From NCBI GenBank assembly GCA_002747515.1, contig PDPP01000018.1, positions 21,751-85,750 of the forward strand: a stretch of DNA of 64,000 bases. The letters run 5' to 3'. The stretch is from Candidatus Moraniibacteriota bacterium. Its GTDB lineage: Bacteria > Patescibacteriota > Minisyncoccia > Moranbacterales > GCA-2747515. The notes below the pieces were generated by a model. That model was not told where the DNA came from. It did not search any database and worked only from the letters and a program-made list of their open reading frames with translations. The first letter of the stretch is position 1; each line of letters begins with the position of its first letter. The translations under genes and the position numbers were made by a program. Shown piece by piece: positions 60,589-64,000 of this stretch.

Positions 60589-62736
60589 TCATATGATTTT
60601 TTCCAATGGTGCAATGCTTTTTACGATCTTTTTAAGTCCAACATTTTTGAATACAATATAAACAACTGTATCCGTCTGACCAACTACAATTCCCTCCCCA
60701 AAAATCGCATGTCGCACCTTATCTCCGCCAACAAATTTTTCTTCAGTTGGAACCAATACACTTTCTGGTTTTTCTTCTATAGCATCCCCATATTGTTTAC
60801 GTGGAATTGTTGTTTCTTTTTTTTCTATGAGAAAATCTGGAATATCTTCAAAAAATCGTGATGGCATATTTGCTTGTAATGACCCAAAAAGTAATCTTTG
60901 TCTTGCATGTGTCAAAAACACTTTATCTTTTGCGCGTGTAATACCAACATATGCCAATCGTCGCTCTTCTTCCATCTCCACATCATTAACCATTGCTCTG
61001 TTATGTGGAATCAAACCCTCCTCAAGACCAACAATAAAAACTACTGGAAATTCCAATCCTTTTGCGCTATGCAAAGTCATAAGATGTACCATATTTGTAT
61101 TTTGATTAATATGATCTGTATCACTAGCAAGAGACACTTCCTCAATGAACATATTCAATGCATTATCAATATCCTTATATTTTGTTGCTACAGAAAGTAA
61201 TTCTTGCACATTTTCATCTCGTGCCTCCCCCTCTGTCGTGCCATCTAAAAGCTCACTCTTATAACCACTTTTTTCATAAACATCTGTGATTAATTCATCA
61301 AGTGTGTGTTTTTTTGCATATGTGCGCGCATTTTCAATTAATACACAAAAATCATGAATTGTCTTTTGTTTACTTTTTGCAAGAGTTGAATTCTTTATTT
61401 TTGCGCTTGCGCCAAATGCAATCGGATCCATGCCGACTGCACGTGCTGCATCAAACCATGCAGCAAATGTCTTACTGCCAATTCCTCTACGCGGACTTGC
61501 AACTGCTCTCTCAAGCGAAAGCACATCTGCACCGTTAGCAACTAAACGTAAATATGCAATTACATCTTTTATTTCTTTTCTCTCATAAAATTTTATTCCA
61601 CCTACAATGCGATAACTAATATTGTTTTTGAGAAAATATTCTTCTACAATACGCGACTGTGCATTTGTGCGATACAACACAACAAAATCATTTTCTATAT
61701 ATCCCTTCTCAAATAATTTTTGGATTGTTTGTACGACAAACATCGCCTCTTCTCGTTCATCATATGCTTCATACACTGTTAGAACATTTCCCGCGCCTGC
61801 ATCTGTCCAGATTTCTTTTTTACTACGACTTTCATTATGTTTAATCACATTATATGCCGCATCTAAAATATTTTGTGTTGAACGATAATTTTGTTCTAAT
61901 TTAATTACTTTTGCATTTGGAAAATCTTTCTCAAAATTAAGAATGTTATTTACATCCGCACCGCGCCAACGATAAATTGACTGCCAATCATCACCAACAA
62001 CAAAAAGATTGTGCTGCATGTCTGTAAGCATTTTTATAAATGTATACTGTGCATGGTTTGTGTCTTGATATTCATCTACAAGTACATACTGAAATCGTTC
62101 TTGATATTTTTTGAGTACATTTGGATATTCTTTAAAGAGATTAATTGATAAACGAATAATATCATCAAAATCCACACTATGATTTTCTCGAAGTGTTCGC
62201 TGATACACATCATAAACACGTGCAACTTGTTCTTCAAAATAACTGCCTACCTGCCCAGAAAACATTTCTGGTGACATAAGATTGTTCTTTGCACGAGAAA
62301 TTGCTTCAAGTATCGCTCGTGGTGCAAATTGTTGTTTTGGCAACTCTAATTCCTTTGTAACTCTTTTAACTAAAACGAGTTGATCATGTTGATCAAGAAT
62401 CGTAAAATTTTGCTCATATCCAAAATGCTGAATCTCCTCACGCAAAATACGTACACACACACTATGAAACGTGCCAATAAGCGGATTTGCATAATCTGCA
62501 CAAATCAAATCAGAGACACGCGTGCGCATCTCTCCTGCTGCTTTATTAGTAAACGTCATTGCTAAAATATTATATGGTGAAACGCTATGTTCACGAATTA
62601 AATATGCAATACGTCGCGTCAGAGCTGTTGTCTTGCCTGAGCCTGCACCAGCAATCACTAAATAAGGCCCTCGAAATGCCTTTACTGCATCAATTTGTGG
62701 AGTATTAAGCCCCTGTAATAAATCTTTCATAACCAA
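60589..62736 (-). CDS. pcrA: ATP-dependent DNA helicase PcrA/UvrD (SF1)
   Basis: Walker A AGAGSGKT, motifs II (VLVDEYQDTN) to VI. 715 aa. Confidence 0.85.
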   Translation of the reverse strand: MVMKDLLQGLNTPQIDAVKAFRGPYLVIAGAGSGKTTALTRRIAYLIREHSVSPYNILAMTFTNKAAGEMRTRVSDLICADYANPLIGTFHSVCVRILREEIQHFGYEQNFTILDQHDQLVLVKRVTKELELPKQQFAPRAILEAISRAKNNLMSPEMFSGQVGSYFEEQVARVYDVYQRTLRENHSVDFDDIIRLSINLFKEYPNVLKKYQERFQYVLVDEYQDTNHAQYTFIKMLTDMQHNLFVVGDDWQSIYRWRGADVNNILNFEKDFPNAKVIKLEQNYRSTQNILDAAYNVIKHNESRSKKEIWTDAGAGNVLTVYEAYDEREEAMFVVQTIQKLFEKGYIENDFVVLYRTNAQSRIVEEYFLKNNISYRIVGGIKFYERKEIKDVIAYLRLVANGADVLSLERAVASPRRGIGSKTFAAWFDAARAVGMDPIAFGASAKIKNSTLAKSKQKTIHDFCVLIENARTYAKKHTLDELITDVYEKSGYKSELLDGTTEGEARDENVQELLSVATKYKDIDNALNMFIEEVSLASDTDHINQNTNMVHLMTLHSAKGLEFPVVFIVGLEEGLIPHNRAMVNDVEMEEERRLAYVGITRAKDKVFLTHARQRLLFGSLQANMPSRFFEDIPDFLIEKKETTIPRKQYGDAIEEKPESVLVPTEEKFVGGDKVRHAIFGEGIVVGQTDTVVYIVFKNVGLKKIVKSIAPLEKII

Positions 62737-62801
62737 TCTATTGTAGCATATTGTTTTCTAGCGTACACTATTCGATATACATTAAAAGTACAAGAAAGTC
62801 T

Positions 62802-64000
62802 ATGAAAAAATTTTCAGAACACAAACTTATAAAAAATTTAAAAACATATACATTTTCTATATATTCCGCAGGAGCAACTTTTTTTTCTCTTATTATTGTG
62901 CGATTAATTATTGAGAACTGGATTGCTAATTTTGGACCTCGCCCTTTTACCTTTTATTTCTTTGAATTTCTACACACCTCACTTTTTTTTCTTTTGGTAT
63001 TTATTATTTTTACAGCACTTCTCATTAAAATTTCAAAAATACCATTTTCACAAAGTATTTTATTATTGCTTTTTGGGTTTACTTTTATCATCTTTCCACC
63101 AATATTCGATTGGCTTATCTCTATCACATTTTTTAATGGCGCAAATTTTATGAGTTATTATCTCTTTGATAGCATAAATGGCCTTGAAAAAAGCTTTTTT
63201 ACCTTTTTTGGCGATCGACCACACGATGGAATCACCTATGGTACACGAATTATGATTGCGTGTGCATTATTTTCACTTACACTGATCACATGGTTTAAAA
63301 CAAAAAGTCTTTTTCGCACAATTTCAATAATTTTTATTGCCTATGTGATATTTTTCATCTTAAGTGCATTTCCTTCCATTATTACAATACTCTTCACCAA
63401 TGAACACTTCACAATTACACGATCAAGTGTTGCTGGCTTTATTGCTTCGCCCACAAAAATACTAGGAAATCAAATTATAAATCCCATAAATGCAATCAAT
63501 ATAAAAATGTCATTTATCTACATGGGACTAGTAATCATCACTGCATTATCCATCATTTATAAAACACGAAAGTCACAAATGCTTAGTCTTCTAAAAAATA
63601 TCCGTCCGATCCAAACACTCTACCATATTGGACTTCTTTTTATCGGTATGGGAATTGCTATTATGTTTAATCACGCAATAATCCTCCCTTCTATTTTTAC
63701 TATTACAGCACTATTTATACTTTGTTTTGCAATTATTATCGCATGGTATGCAACAGTAATCTTTAACGATATTGTTGATCAAGACATTGATAAAATTAGC
63801 AATTCACATCGACCACTTATACAAAAAACGATTGATGAAGATTCTTATAAAAACATTGGTATATTTCTTACGATTTTATCAATTACACTTATTGCCATGA
63901 TTAATCCACACGCTTCTACACTTTTGATTGCATATCATGCAATATCTTACCTTTATAACACTCCACCACTCAGATTAAAACGATTTCCTCTTATTGCTAC
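62802..64000 (+). CDS. Polytopic membrane protein (3' partial, runs off window): about 300-aa N-terminal multi-TM region followed by UbiA-type prenyltransferase motif (NDIVDQDID)
   Basis: Manual translation from ATG 62802 (MKKFSEHKLIKNL...) is stop-free to the window end. The Asp-rich NDxxDxxxD motif appears only at about residue 320. Not in the ORF track because there is no stop in the window. Confidence 0.55.
   Translation, partial: MKKFSEHKLIKNLKTYTFSIYSAGATFFSLIIVRLIIENWIANFGPRPFTFYFFEFLHTSLFFLLVFIIFTALLIKISKIPFSQSILLLLFGFTFIIFPPIFDWLISITFFNGANFMSYYLFDSINGLEKSFFTFFGDRPHDGITYGTRIMIACALFSLTLITWFKTKSLFRTISIIFIAYVIFFILSAFPSIITILFTNEHFTITRSSVAGFIASPTKILGNQIINPINAINIKMSFIYMGLVIITALSIIYKTRKSQMLSLLKNIRPIQTLYHIGLLFIGMGIAIMFNHAIILPSIFTITALFILCFAIIIAWYATVIFNDIVDQDIDKISNSHRPLIQKTIDEDSYKNIGIFLTILSITLIAMINPHASTLLIAYHAISYLYNTPPLRLKRFPLIA

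Overview
This is a 64 kb, strongly AT-rich (about 30-35% GC) bacterial chromosomal window read in standard code 11. It is densely packed with mostly minus-strand genes. Several things point to a reduced-genome, CPR/Patescibacteria-like bacterium (inference only): paired GT4 glycosyltransferases, a two-subunit 2-oxoacid:ferredoxin oxidoreductase, class II fructose-bisphosphate aldolase, a 2102-aa LamG-containing membrane-anchored surface protein, many small membrane/secreted hypotheticals, and few biosynthetic genes.

Core genes recognised from the translated ORFs: mreB, murA, rodA/ftsW-type SEDS, nrdAB, ahpC-like peroxiredoxin, tatD, rplY (L25/Ctc), korAB-like OFOR, xseAB, metG, tgt, pgeF/yfiH, recQ (frame-disrupted), ogt, fba, gyrA, xerD, pcrA/uvrD, and one tRNA-Leu(UAG). 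No rRNA, CRISPR or obvious transposase was found.

Features that most deserve a second look:
- An exact 32-nt perfect palindrome occurs twice, about 13 kb apart, with a third variant; two of the three copies bracket a YerC/TrpR-like regulator gene.
- A compositionally distinct GC-richer block at about 36.8-40.7 kb carries ogt, a peptidase S51, a methyltransferase, Cys-rich/small membrane proteins and a decayed gene remnant.
- The RecQ gene is split by a 1-nt indel at a short A-run.
- XseA carries an extra N-terminal HRDC-like domain.
- Two tandem paralogous small proteins sit next to recQ.
- A putative tautomerase-superfamily two-gene cassette has its own sigma70-like promoter.
- A T4 EndoV (DenV)-like pyrimidine-dimer glycosylase is divergent from a NYN nuclease.
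- A tandem pair of about 60-nt intrinsic-terminator hairpins sits between a secreted-protein gene and the giant surface-protein operon.
- The window ends in a UbiA-type prenyltransferase with an unusual roughly 300-aa N-terminal polytopic extension.
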